A stretch of 63,078 nucleotides of DNA, filler included, from Deltaproteobacteria bacterium (GCA_030698575.1; 12 parts of 12 records of this genome joined end to end with filler, not necessarily neighbours in it), one strand, 5' to 3'. Shown: positions 7,698 to 15,557, counted from the whole stretch's first letter. Program-made: numbers and translations. The notes: generated from the sequence alone by a model not told the origin.

Positions 7698-8795
7698 ATG
7701 ACCAAGACCGAGCGCTGGCTCAACCTCCTCGCCTTCCTCCTCGACCACCGCCGGCCCGTGCCGCGCGAGGAGATCCTGAGCCAGGTCGAAGACTACAAGA
7801 CCGACTGGATTGAAGGCTCGGAGCGCAGCCGCGAATCGGTGCGCCGCAAGTTCGAGCGCGACAAGGCCGAGCTCAAAGAACTCGGCGTCGTGATCGAGCC
7901 CCTCAAGGAAAAGATCGTCGCGAATCACTCTGATCAGGAAGTCGAAGCCTATCAACTGAAGCCGCGCGAGTTCTATTTACCATACCTGAAGGTCGTCCCC
8001 CCTCTCCGCTCGCGGAGAGGGGGTCAGGGGGTGAGGCCGGAGGCACGACCCTACTTCCTGAACGAGGTCGCGCTCGCGAGCGACGAGCTGCCCATCCTCC
8101 GCCGCGCCGCCGAGCGCATCGCGGCTCTCACCGAAACGCCCCTCGGCAGCGCGGCTCGCGCAGTCATCCGCAAGCTTTCCTTCGATCTCCCGGAAGCGAA
8201 CGTCGGCGCCGAAGAGCGGGCGTTCCCGGCGCCATCGACGGTGGATCAGCAGTTCGCAATCCTCAGGCAGGCGGTCGAGCAGCGCCGCGCCGTGCAGTGC
8301 CGCTACTACACGATCCGCCGCGACTCCGAAGAGAAGCGCGTGATCGAGCCGTATGGCCTCATGCTCTCATGGGGACACTGGTACTGCGTCGCCCGCGCGC
8401 GCGAACGCGACGCGCTCAGGGTCTTTCGGCTCGACCGAATGAAGAACTGCGCATTGATCGAAGGCGAGAAGGGGGAGTTCGCGGTCCCCAAGAACTTCAG
8501 GATCAGCAGCTACCTGAACCGCGCACCGTGGGAGCTGTCGGACGACAAGCCGGTCACCGCGCGCGTCCGGATCAACTTCCCCCAGTCCCGCTGGGTCATC
8601 GGCGAGCGCCTCGGCAAGGTCGTCAAAGCCGTGACCGACGACGCGGGCAGCGAGTTCGAATTCGAAGTACGTGCCGTGGATGCTTTCGTGCGCTGGCTCC
8701 TGCCGCTCGGCAACCAGGTCGAAGTGCTGTCACCGCCGTCAATCAAGAACCGACTGGAAGAAGCACGGGCGCAGCTCCGCGCCGTCTATCCCTGA
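7698..8795 (+). CDS. WYL-domain transcriptional regulator, PafB-like (HTH-WYL-WCX)
   Basis: TERWLNLLAFLL, RRKFERDKAELKELG, IEPYGL....HWY and RVFRLDR motifs; C-terminal VEVLSP. Confidence 0.9.
   Translation: MTKTERWLNLLAFLLDHRRPVPREEILSQVEDYKTDWIEGSERSRESVRRKFERDKAELKELGVVIEPLKEKIVANHSDQEVEAYQLKPREFYLPYLKVVPPLRSRRGGQGVRPEARPYFLNEVALASDELPILRRAAERIAALTETPLGSAARAVIRKLSFDLPEANVGAEERAFPAPSTVDQQFAILRQAVEQRRAVQCRYYTIRRDSEEKRVIEPYGLMLSWGHWYCVARARERDALRVFRLDRMKNCALIEGEKGEFAVPKNFRISSYLNRAPWELSDDKPVTARVRINFPQSRWVIGERLGKVVKAVTDDAGSEFEFEVRAVDAFVRWLLPLGNQVEVLSPPSIKNRLEEARAQLRAVYP
7996..8036 (+). repeat. REP-like palindrome inserted in frame in the PafB-like gene
   Basis: CCCCCTCTCCGC-tc-GCGGAGAGGGGG-tcAGGGGGTGAGG; translates as PPLRSRRGGQGVR. 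Confidence 0.8.
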
Positions 8796-9731
8796 ATGCC
8801 TCAAACCGCCCAGGCCCAAGCGCCGCGCCTGATCGAGCTGATCGCCTGGCTGTCACAGAGCGACAGCCCGAAAACCATCACGTATAAGGCAGCGGCCAAG
8901 CAGCTCGGTGTTTCGGAGAAGATGCTGCGAGAAGACCTCGAGGTGCTGCTCGAGCTGACGGCCGAGCATAAAGACTGGCTCGCGAGTCTGCGCGTGGCGC
9001 TCGTGGCCGAGGAATTCACGGTGCTGAGCCGCGGCGCATTCCTCCGGCCGATCCACCTCACCGAAGAAGAAGGCCTCGCCCTGCTCCTCGGCCTCACCGG
9101 CGTGCGCGGCGGCAGCGCGGTCGCCGCCAAGTTCACGAACCACGGGCGAGGGAAGCGCTCGCCCGAATCGGTGGAGTCGGCCTTCGCCATCGGCGCCGCG
9201 CCGAGCGCCGAGCTCGATGGCCTCTTGGCCGTGGCGCGGCGGGCGCGCGACGAGAAGCGGAAACTCGAGATTCTCTACTGCGGCTCGGCGGGCGAGCCCT
9301 CTCGGCGCACGATTCACGTGCACCAGATCGTGGAGCACGCCGGCCGCTGGTACGTCATCGCCTGGTGTGAGACCTGCTGCGACATGCGTCACTTCCGCGC
9401 CGATCGGCTTCTCGAGGCTCGGCTGCTGGTCCAGGACTTCCGGCCGCAGGTGCTGTTTCGGCCCATCGGCAATCCACAGGAGCTGCTGCAGACCGACGAG
9501 ACCGTCACTGCGCAGGTCGCGTTCAGCAAAAAGATCGCGCGCTGGCTCGAAGAGAAGTACCCGAATGGTCGGACGAGCCCTGATGGGCGGTACGTGGTGA
9601 AGTTTCAGGTCGCCGATCCCGCCTGGTTCGTGCGCGAGATCTTGCAGTACGGCGCGCAGGCTGAGGTATTGTCCCCGGACAGTTTCCGTGAGGCCGTGCG
9701 GAAGATGGTCAGCGTTGGTGAGGTGAATTGA
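8796..9731 (+). CDS. WYL-domain transcriptional regulator, PafC-like
   Basis: RLIELIAWL, AAKQLGVS..LREDL, RPIHLTEEEGLALL, GRWYVIAWC...RHFRADR and LQYGAQAEVLSP motifs. Confidence 0.9.
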   Translation: MPQTAQAQAPRLIELIAWLSQSDSPKTITYKAAAKQLGVSEKMLREDLEVLLELTAEHKDWLASLRVALVAEEFTVLSRGAFLRPIHLTEEEGLALLLGLTGVRGGSAVAAKFTNHGRGKRSPESVESAFAIGAAPSAELDGLLAVARRARDEKRKLEILYCGSAGEPSRRTIHVHQIVEHAGRWYVIAWCETCCDMRHFRADRLLEARLLVQDFRPQVLFRPIGNPQELLQTDETVTAQVAFSKKIARWLEEKYPNGRTSPDGRYVVKFQVADPAWFVREILQYGAQAEVLSPDSFREAVRKMVSVGEVN

Positions 9732-11191
9732 TGACCCTCCGCCTCTCGAAATCCAAGTTCGTCGCCGGCACGCAGTGCCACAAGCTGCTCTGGTGGAAAG
9801 TCCACGACCCTGATGCTGAAGAGCTGCAACCCGACAAGGTGCTCCAGGACCGTTTCGATCAGGGAGCCCAGGTCGGCGAGCTCGCGCGTGGCCGCTTCCC
9901 TGGTGGAACGTTGATCGATCTGCCGTACTACGCGACTGACGAGCGGATCAGACTCACCCAACAAGCCATCAAGGCCGGATCCCCGGCGATCTTCGAGGCG
10001 AGTTTTGTCGCCGATAACACCTACGTCGCCGTGGATATTCTCGCCCGCGAGCACGACGCCTTCCGTCTCATCGAAGTGAAATCGTCCTCGTCGCAGAAAG
10101 ACGAGCACATCCTCGACGCCGCCGTCCAGGTGCACGTGGTCAAGCAGAGCGGTATCGACGTGCGTGCCGCGGAGATCATGCACCTCAGCAAGGAGTTCCG
10201 GCACCCCGATGAGGGCGACCTGTTCGCGCGTAGCGATGTGACCGAAAGCGCCTTCGGGCTGCTGCACACCATCCCGGGGGAGATCAAGGCGCAGCTCGCG
10301 ATGCTCAGCGGGCCGCTCCCCGACGCGCCGATCGGCATGCACTGCCACGAGCCGCGGGCCTGCCCGTTCATGGAGCGCTGCTGGCCGCAGTCGCGCGACC
10401 ACATCATGCGGCTGTACAACGTCGGGCCCAAGCGCGGCTGCGACTACATGACGACCGGCGTCCACACGATTCCCGACATCCCGCCGACGCAGAAGCTGCC
10501 CGACGCCGCCAAGCGGCAGATCCGCGCGATGAAAGAGCAGCGGATCATCGTCGAGGCCGGTCTCAAGAAAGCGCTGGAGCCGTTCAGCGGCCGCCTCGGC
10601 TTCCTCGACTTCGAGACCATCTCGCGCGCGGTCCCGGTCTGGCCGGGTATGGCCCCCTGGGAGCAGGCCGCGGCGCAATTCAGCTATCACGAAGCCCAGC
10701 CCGACGGGTCCTACACCCACGCCGCCTTTCTCGCCGAAGGCTCGCATGACGCGCGTCCCGAGCTTGCCAAGGCGATGATCGCAGCCACCGCGGGCGCCGA
10801 GCGGGTCGTGACGTACACGGCGTTCGAGAAGACGCGCATCCGGGGGCTACAGAAGTGCGTGCCAGCGCTCGAGACTGAGCTGAAGCAGCTCGAGGGCAAG
10901 CTCATCGACCTGCATCCCATTATGCGGGACTACGTATACCACCCCGACTTCCTGGGGAGCTTCAGCCTGAAGTACGTCCTCACGCCGATGGTGCCGGAGC
11001 TGACGTACAGCGACCTCGTCATCGTGGACGGCCTGGTCGCGAGCGTCGAAATCGCCCGGCTGCTGTTCGTGGCTCAGAAGATCTCGCCGGAAGAGAGGGA
11101 TCGTGTGAGGCAGGATCTGTTGAACTACTGCGAGCGGGATACGTGGGCGATGGTGAAGCTGTTGGAGCGGCTGCGGGAGTTGGCCAACTAG
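9731..11191 (+). CDS. DUF2779-type protein: Cas4/RecB-like PD-(D/E)xK nuclease fused to an RNase H/DnaQ-like domain
   Basis: LSKSKF...QC, DIL..LIEVKSS, CHEPRACPFMERC, FLDFET, FSLKYVL and YCERD motifs; TGATG coupling to the PafC-like gene. Confidence 0.85.
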   Translation: MTLRLSKSKFVAGTQCHKLLWWKVHDPDAEELQPDKVLQDRFDQGAQVGELARGRFPGGTLIDLPYYATDERIRLTQQAIKAGSPAIFEASFVADNTYVAVDILAREHDAFRLIEVKSSSSQKDEHILDAAVQVHVVKQSGIDVRAAEIMHLSKEFRHPDEGDLFARSDVTESAFGLLHTIPGEIKAQLAMLSGPLPDAPIGMHCHEPRACPFMERCWPQSRDHIMRLYNVGPKRGCDYMTTGVHTIPDIPPTQKLPDAAKRQIRAMKEQRIIVEAGLKKALEPFSGRLGFLDFETISRAVPVWPGMAPWEQAAAQFSYHEAQPDGSYTHAAFLAEGSHDARPELAKAMIAATAGAERVVTYTAFEKTRIRGLQKCVPALETELKQLEGKLIDLHPIMRDYVYHPDFLGSFSLKYVLTPMVPELTYSDLVIVDGLVASVEIARLLFVAQKISPEERDRVRQDLLNYCERDTWAMVKLLERLRELAN

Positions 11192-11198
11192 GGTGGGG

Positions 11199-11280
11199 AA
11201 ACACGAAAGCCGGAGAGCTTTGCTCCCCGGCTTTCGTTTTGGCGTAGCGAAACTGGCTACGCGGAGACCTGTCAAGTATC
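11199..11280 (-). ncRNA. Structured element copy 2 (may also act as plus-strand terminator of the WYL operon)
   Basis: Blocks of 20, 15 and 24 nt are identical to 6356-6422; the variable segment reads GAGAC-CTGTCAA instead of GAGGT-CCCTCAC on the plus strand. Confidence 0.6.
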
Positions 11281-11333
11281 GTCGCGGACTGGACCCTATC
11301 GGACGACGGCGGGAGCTATATCGTCAAGCTGCG

Positions 11334-12323
11334 ATGAAACTCTTCCTGAGCCTGTGGCTCCTCGCCGGGCAGCTGGCAGCCCAACATCTCGAAATCCGCT
11401 TCCTCAACGTCGGCCAGGGCGACGCTGCACTCATCCGCGAGAGCGGCAAGACCGCCCTGATCGACGCCGGCGGCAGCGGTACGGTCGTCTCCTATCTCAA
11501 AGCCTTCCGTCTCGACACGCTCGACGTCGTCGTCGCCAGCCACAACCACGCCGACCACATCGGTGGGATGAGCACCGTCCTGAGCTCGGCGGTCGTTCGG
11601 TTCTATATGGATAACGGCGTACCGCACACCACCGCGACGTACGCTCGGACGATCCAAGCCGTCCGCGCGAGCGGCGCGCAGTACCTCAGCGCCACTAGCC
11701 GCACGATCACGCTCGGGGCAGCCAAGCTGCAGGTGCTCGAACCGCCACCCGCGCACCGCGTACCGCGCACCCATAATAACAGCTCGGTGGGCATCCTCTT
11801 GGAGTACGGCCAGTTTCGCGCGCTCTTTACGGGTGATTCCGAGCGTGCCGAGCTCGGCTATTGGCTGAGTACGGGTACGATCGGCCGAGTGCATGTGCTG
11901 AAAGTGGCGCATCACGGGAGCTGGAACGGAACGAGCCGCGACTGGGTCGATGCCACCCGACCACAGGCCGCCGTCATCTCGGTAGGGCGCAACAGCTACG
12001 GGCACCCATCGCCACAAGTCGTGGCCCAGTGGCAGGCGGCCGGCGCGCGGGTGTACCGCACTGACCTCGACGGCAGCATCCTGATCCTCGCCAATACCGA
12101 CGGCAGCTTTGTCGTCACGACCGATCAATCAGATCCCAGTGGCGTCGTGCAGCTCCGTCCGTTTGTCCAGGACACGAGCCCACGAGCCGGTGCCGCGGCG
12201 GCCCAGCCCGCACGCGCGTGCTGCCGCATCTGCACCCGCGGCAAAGCCTGCGGCAACTCCTGCATCAATCGCGCCTATCAGTGCCGCCGGCCGCCCGGCT
12301 GCGCCTGCGACGCCCAACCATGA
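11334..12323 (+). CDS. Exported ComEC/Rec2-type metallo-beta-lactamase-fold hydrolase with 8-Cys C-terminal domain
   Basis: Signal peptide; NVGQGDA, SHNHADHIGG, NNSS, FTGD, KVAHHGS, YGHP and YRTD motifs; tail CCRICTRGKACGNSCINRAYQCRRPPGCAC. Confidence 0.9.
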   Translation: MKLFLSLWLLAGQLAAQHLEIRFLNVGQGDAALIRESGKTALIDAGGSGTVVSYLKAFRLDTLDVVVASHNHADHIGGMSTVLSSAVVRFYMDNGVPHTTATYARTIQAVRASGAQYLSATSRTITLGAAKLQVLEPPPAHRVPRTHNNSSVGILLEYGQFRALFTGDSERAELGYWLSTGTIGRVHVLKVAHHGSWNGTSRDWVDATRPQAAVISVGRNSYGHPSPQVVAQWQAAGARVYRTDLDGSILILANTDGSFVVTTDQSDPSGVVQLRPFVQDTSPRAGAAAAQPARACCRICTRGKACGNSCINRAYQCRRPPGCACDAQP

Positions 12324-12589
12324 TCACCGCCTTCTACGCCGTGGACCGCCTCGAGGGCAAGATCGCCGTGCTCGTCGCCGACGACGGCACGACCGTCGAG
12401 GTCGATCGCTCACGCGTGCCGGCACGCGTGCGCGAAGGGACGGTGCTTCGTGTGCCAGTTGCAGGGAGCGAGCCGGACTGGGCCGGCGCCGAGATCGATC
12501 AGAACGAGCAGCAGCGCCGGATGAAGCAGATGCGGTGGACGCTGGACGAGATGAAGCGGACCGATCCGGGCGGAGGTATCGAGCTGTGA
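12320..12589 (+). CDS. DUF3006-like protein
   Basis: AVDRLEGKIAVL...P..VREG.VL; ATGA overlap with the ComEC-like gene, a usual neighbour. Confidence 0.8.
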   Translation: MITAFYAVDRLEGKIAVLVADDGTTVEVDRSRVPARVREGTVLRVPVAGSEPDWAGAEIDQNEQQRRMKQMRWTLDEMKRTDPGGGIEL

Positions 12590-12620
12590 GAACGTGGCCC
12601 GAGTAGGTTGACCCCGGGCA

Positions 12621-12637
12621 CGCGCTCTCGCCGAGCC
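12621..12637 (-). repeat. Intergenic motif copy C
   Basis: cgcgctctcgccgagcc identical to 6760-6776, between two convergent genes. Confidence 0.6.
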
Positions 12638-12652
12638 TCGCAATCCTCGGTC

Positions 12653-14563
12653 CTAGTGCGTCACCACCCGATCGGGCTCGGAGGCAGCGCACGTGACGCA
12701 ACGGCCGGACTCCGGCACGAAATGCTGAGCACAGGCGGTCTTGCCGCACACGGAACAGGCGCTCACCTCGTCCGCTGCGAAGACCGCCTCCGGCTCTGCC
12801 ACGCACGTCGCGCGGTGTTGTTCGCAGACCAGGCGGCCCGAACCGTCGGCCCGGCGCAAATGCCTGGAGCACTGAATCTGTTCGTCCACGGCGCACACGG
12901 CCTGGTGCGCGGTGCAGACCGATCGGCCGCAGCTCGCGCACTCCACCACCTCGTCCACGCCCACGGGCTCGTTGGTGCCCCCTTCGCAATAGCGCAGACA
13001 CGCCGAGCACAATCGTCGGCTCCCCTTGGGCGCGTCGGCCTTGCTCCGCTCCGCATGACGGTTGCAGACGATCCGGCCGCAACTGCCGCACGCTTCGAGA
13101 CACGCGGTACACGCCGGATGCTCGCCCTCCCCGTCCGCGCAGACGCCTTCGTGCGCCGTGCAGTGCGCCATGCGGCACGACGAGCACACGCGCGCGTGCT
13201 GCTCGCAGGCGGGCTGATCGTCCACGCGGCAGTAGGCGATACCGTGATCGGCGCAGAAGTCCGAGGCGCACACCGAGCAGCGGGCGGAGCACGCGTCACA
13301 GACGCAATGTCCGTCCCTTCGTTCCCCCTCTCCCGAAGGGAGAGGGGGAGAGGGGGTGAGGACGCAGACCACCAGCTCGGCCGGCGAACGGCCGCACTTC
13401 GGGCATGCGAGAATCCACGCCGCCGATCCAGCGATCGGCCGCTGCGCCGCAAACCGGGCGCGAAGCCCTCGCTTCGAGCGGATTTCCCACTCGACACGCT
13501 GCATCAGGACCTGCGCCTGGACGATCTGGAGCGGATGCACGATCGCCATCACCTGATGGCGACGCATCTCCTCCGCCCGCCGCCGCTCGTGCAACGCGGT
13601 GATGGTGCGCACGTCGTCGGGATCGGTCTTGTCCGCCAGGACTGACGCGAAGTAGCGATCGAGCCGCTCCAGCTCCACGGCGACTCCCTGCTCCGCGCCC
13701 ACCTGCCGCGCGGCCACCCGCTCGGCGCTCTGTTCTCGCAGATCGCTGAGCAGCAGCTGGAGCATTTCCGCGGGTGGGCGCGCGGGAACCGCAACGGCAT
13801 CGGGAACGTCATCCGAATCGGCCGGCTTGCTGCGCCGCGCCTCCAGATCTGCGAACTGCGCGGTCACCTGGTCGTCCGCGCGGGCGCCGGTGGCGAGATC
13901 GATGACGGCGCTCTCGATCACGGTTTCCTCGACCACCGCGCCGGCGCGCAGCACGACGCGCGCGAGCAGCCGCCCCACCGTATGCGTCGCCAGTTGGGAT
14001 TTGCGGCGCCGGACAGTGGCGTCGCGGACGGGGACGGGCAGGTCGAGATCGTGCGTCGTGCGTCGTACGTCGTGCGTGGTGCTCTTGGCTGACCCCCGGC
14101 GCCTGGCTGCCTTGGCTGACTTGGCTGACCCCGGGCGCAAGCCCGGGGTTTTCGGGAGGGTGATCATGCCGAGTGACAGCCGGCCCGCCCGGGTGCGGAT
14201 GGCCTCGAGCAGGTGCCCTAGGAACGGGCTGCCGAGCACCGCCATTTCGGCGTCGGGATCGCGCTCCAGGGCCTCGAGCGACAGGGCCACGCGCACCGTC
14301 GCGCGCCCCGAGAAGTGCGCGCGCTCTGAGAGCGGCAGCTTCATGTCGTACAGATCGGCGCCGCGCGGCATCAGCTTCACTTTGGCGAGCTTGCAGTACC
14401 GCTCCAACAGCGGCCAGATACGCGCGTCGGTCTTCACCTCCTGGACGGTTTTGCGCGCCCGTTTGGTCCTCACCCCCTGACCCGCTCGGCCTTGGGTCCT
14501 CACCCCCTTTCCCCCTCTCCCTCCGGGAGAGGGGGGACGATGGACCTTGCGTCGGGCCGTCAC
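12653..14563 (-). CDS. Helicase-partner protein (YqhG-like coiled region) with tandem CxxC/CxxH Zn-finger repeats
   Basis: GTG 14563 overlaps the helicase stop (GTGA); ELERLDRYF coiled segment; about 230 C-terminal residues of repeated CxxC...CxxH. Confidence 0.75.
   Translation of the reverse strand: MTARRKVHRPPSPGGRGGKGVRTQGRAGQGVRTKRARKTVQEVKTDARIWPLLERYCKLAKVKLMPRGADLYDMKLPLSERAHFSGRATVRVALSLEALERDPDAEMAVLGSPFLGHLLEAIRTRAGRLSLGMITLPKTPGLRPGSAKSAKAARRRGSAKSTTHDVRRTTHDLDLPVPVRDATVRRRKSQLATHTVGRLLARVVLRAGAVVEETVIESAVIDLATGARADDQVTAQFADLEARRSKPADSDDVPDAVAVPARPPAEMLQLLLSDLREQSAERVAARQVGAEQGVAVELERLDRYFASVLADKTDPDDVRTITALHERRRAEEMRRHQVMAIVHPLQIVQAQVLMQRVEWEIRSKRGLRARFAAQRPIAGSAAWILACPKCGRSPAELVVCVLTPSPPLPSGEGERRDGHCVCDACSARCSVCASDFCADHGIAYCRVDDQPACEQHARVCSSCRMAHCTAHEGVCADGEGEHPACTACLEACGSCGRIVCNRHAERSKADAPKGSRRLCSACLRYCEGGTNEPVGVDEVVECASCGRSVCTAHQAVCAVDEQIQCSRHLRRADGSGRLVCEQHRATCVAEPEAVFAADEVSACSVCGKTACAQHFVPESGRCVTCAASEPDRVVTH
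13323..13363 (+). repeat. REP-like palindrome in frame within the Cys-rich gene
   Basis: TCCCCCTCTCCC-gaa-GGGAGAGGGGGA-gAGGGGGTGAGGAC. Confidence 0.8.
14049..14149. repeat. Heptamer array, 9-mer repeats and GC palindrome inside a CDS
   Basis: TCGTRCG x4 (14049-14076), CTTGGCTGA-like repeats, ACCCCGGGC-gcaa-GCCCGGGGT (14128-14149). Confidence 0.75.
14466..14536 (-). repeat. One full and one partial REP-like copy at the 5' end of the Cys-rich gene
   Basis: GTCCTCACCCCCT at 14466 and 14496, then CCCCCTCTCCC-tcc-GGGAGAGGGGG. Confidence 0.8.
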
Positions 14564-15246
14564 GCGGACTCCACGGAGATGTCGACCAGTGCCAGCGGGA
14601 GGCGCTCGACCTGCGCGACGAGCGTGATCGCGCGGCCCGCGCTGGTCAAACCGGTGAGCCGCACGAGGGCGCCGTATTCGGAATGACTGCCCGCGGAGGG
14701 GGGCTGCGTGGTGGTGACGCCGCCGATAGGCTCGATCGATTCGAGCGCTTCGAGCAGCTCGGTGACCGTGATGCGGACGCGCTGCCGCTTGGCCTCCCAT
14801 CCCGCGGCCTTCACGACGTGGCTCGTGCCCAGACCGAGCCGCAGCCGCGCGGGAACAGAGAGCGTATCGAACCGCCGCTCGAGCCGTGTGGCGTTGTCGT
14901 CCGGCGCGATCGCCGAGTTCAGCTGCTCCTGTTCCCGGCCGGCCGCACTGCTCCGCTCGAGATCGAGGCCCAACGTTTCCACGCGGCGCTCGAAGTCTTC
15001 GTCGTTCTCCGCCGCCAGCCACTCGTCCGCGAGCCGCACCTCGAACTTCTGCGCGCCGCCGAACTCGCCCAGGATCATGTCCAGCTCGCCCACGACCAGC
15101 TCGAACAGTTTGATCTTCTTGTCGAGCAATTGGAGGATGTACGACTCGATGGTGCCGGCCGCGGCCAGGTTCACGATGTGGACCTCGCGCTTTTGCCCGA
15201 TGCGGTGCACCCTCCCGATGCGCTGCTCGATCACCATCGGATTCCA
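14560..15246 (-). CDS. SNF2-family helicase, YqhH-like (C-terminal fragment)
   Basis: WNPMVIEQRIGRVHRIGQ (motif VI) and TIESYIL..L.KKI.LFE.VVGELD.IL. Confidence 0.88.
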   Translation of the reverse strand, partial: WNPMVIEQRIGRVHRIGQKREVHIVNLAAAGTIESYILQLLDKKIKLFELVVGELDMILGEFGGAQKFEVRLADEWLAAENDEDFERRVETLGLDLERSSAAGREQEQLNSAIAPDDNATRLERRFDTLSVPARLRLGLGTSHVVKAAGWEAKRQRVRITVTELLEALESIEPIGGVTTTQPPSAGSHSEYGALVRLTGLTSAGRAITLVAQVERLPLALVDISVESA

Positions 15247-15381
15247 NNNNNNNNNNNNNNNNNNNNNNNNNNNNNNNNNNNNNNNNNNNNTTAATTAATT
15301 AANNNNNNNNNNNNNNNNNNNNNNNNNNNNNNNNNNNNNNNNNNNNGGCCCTCCTCGCAATGACATAGCCCCGCCGGCTAT

Positions 15382-15494
15382 TTCTTGAGTCCATAGCTGT
15401 TAATTAATTTCCCCAGAAATACCTATATTTTTGGCCTTGACAGCCTATCCCGCCTTCGTTTATCTATTATTCTTGACCTTATAGCTGGAAATTA
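15382..15494 (+). promoter_or_regulatory. AT-rich promoter with two 25-bp direct repeats (candidate Rrf2 operators) around TTGACA
   Basis: TTCTTGA-N4-ATAGCTG-N2-AATTA at 15382-15406 and 15470-15494; TTGACA at 15437-15442. Confidence 0.55.
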
Positions 15495-15557
15495 GCCACC
15501 CACCTCTGGACCGAAAACCGGGCCACGCCGGAGGCGTGAGGCCCGGCGGGATTACCC

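Noticed and set aside
6356-11280. CRISPR array, or attL/attR of a tRNA-integrated element
   Set aside because: Only two copies lie 4.8 kb apart, with no cas1/2 or integrase visible. The repeat resembles the tRNA 5' half in inverted orientation, not a direct 3'-end duplication.
11241-11330. Second full tRNA on the plus strand (GUC loop)
   Set aside because: D-arm-like and anticodon-like parts exist, but there is no TTCRA T-loop and no acceptor stem.
11193-11333. N-terminal extension of the ComEC-like ORF
   Set aside because: It runs through the structured repeat; the signal peptide starts at ATG 11334.
14564-15022. N-terminal extension of the 789-aa ORF
   Set aside because: It overlaps the helicase gene in another frame; the GTGA-coupled start at 14563 is more plausible.
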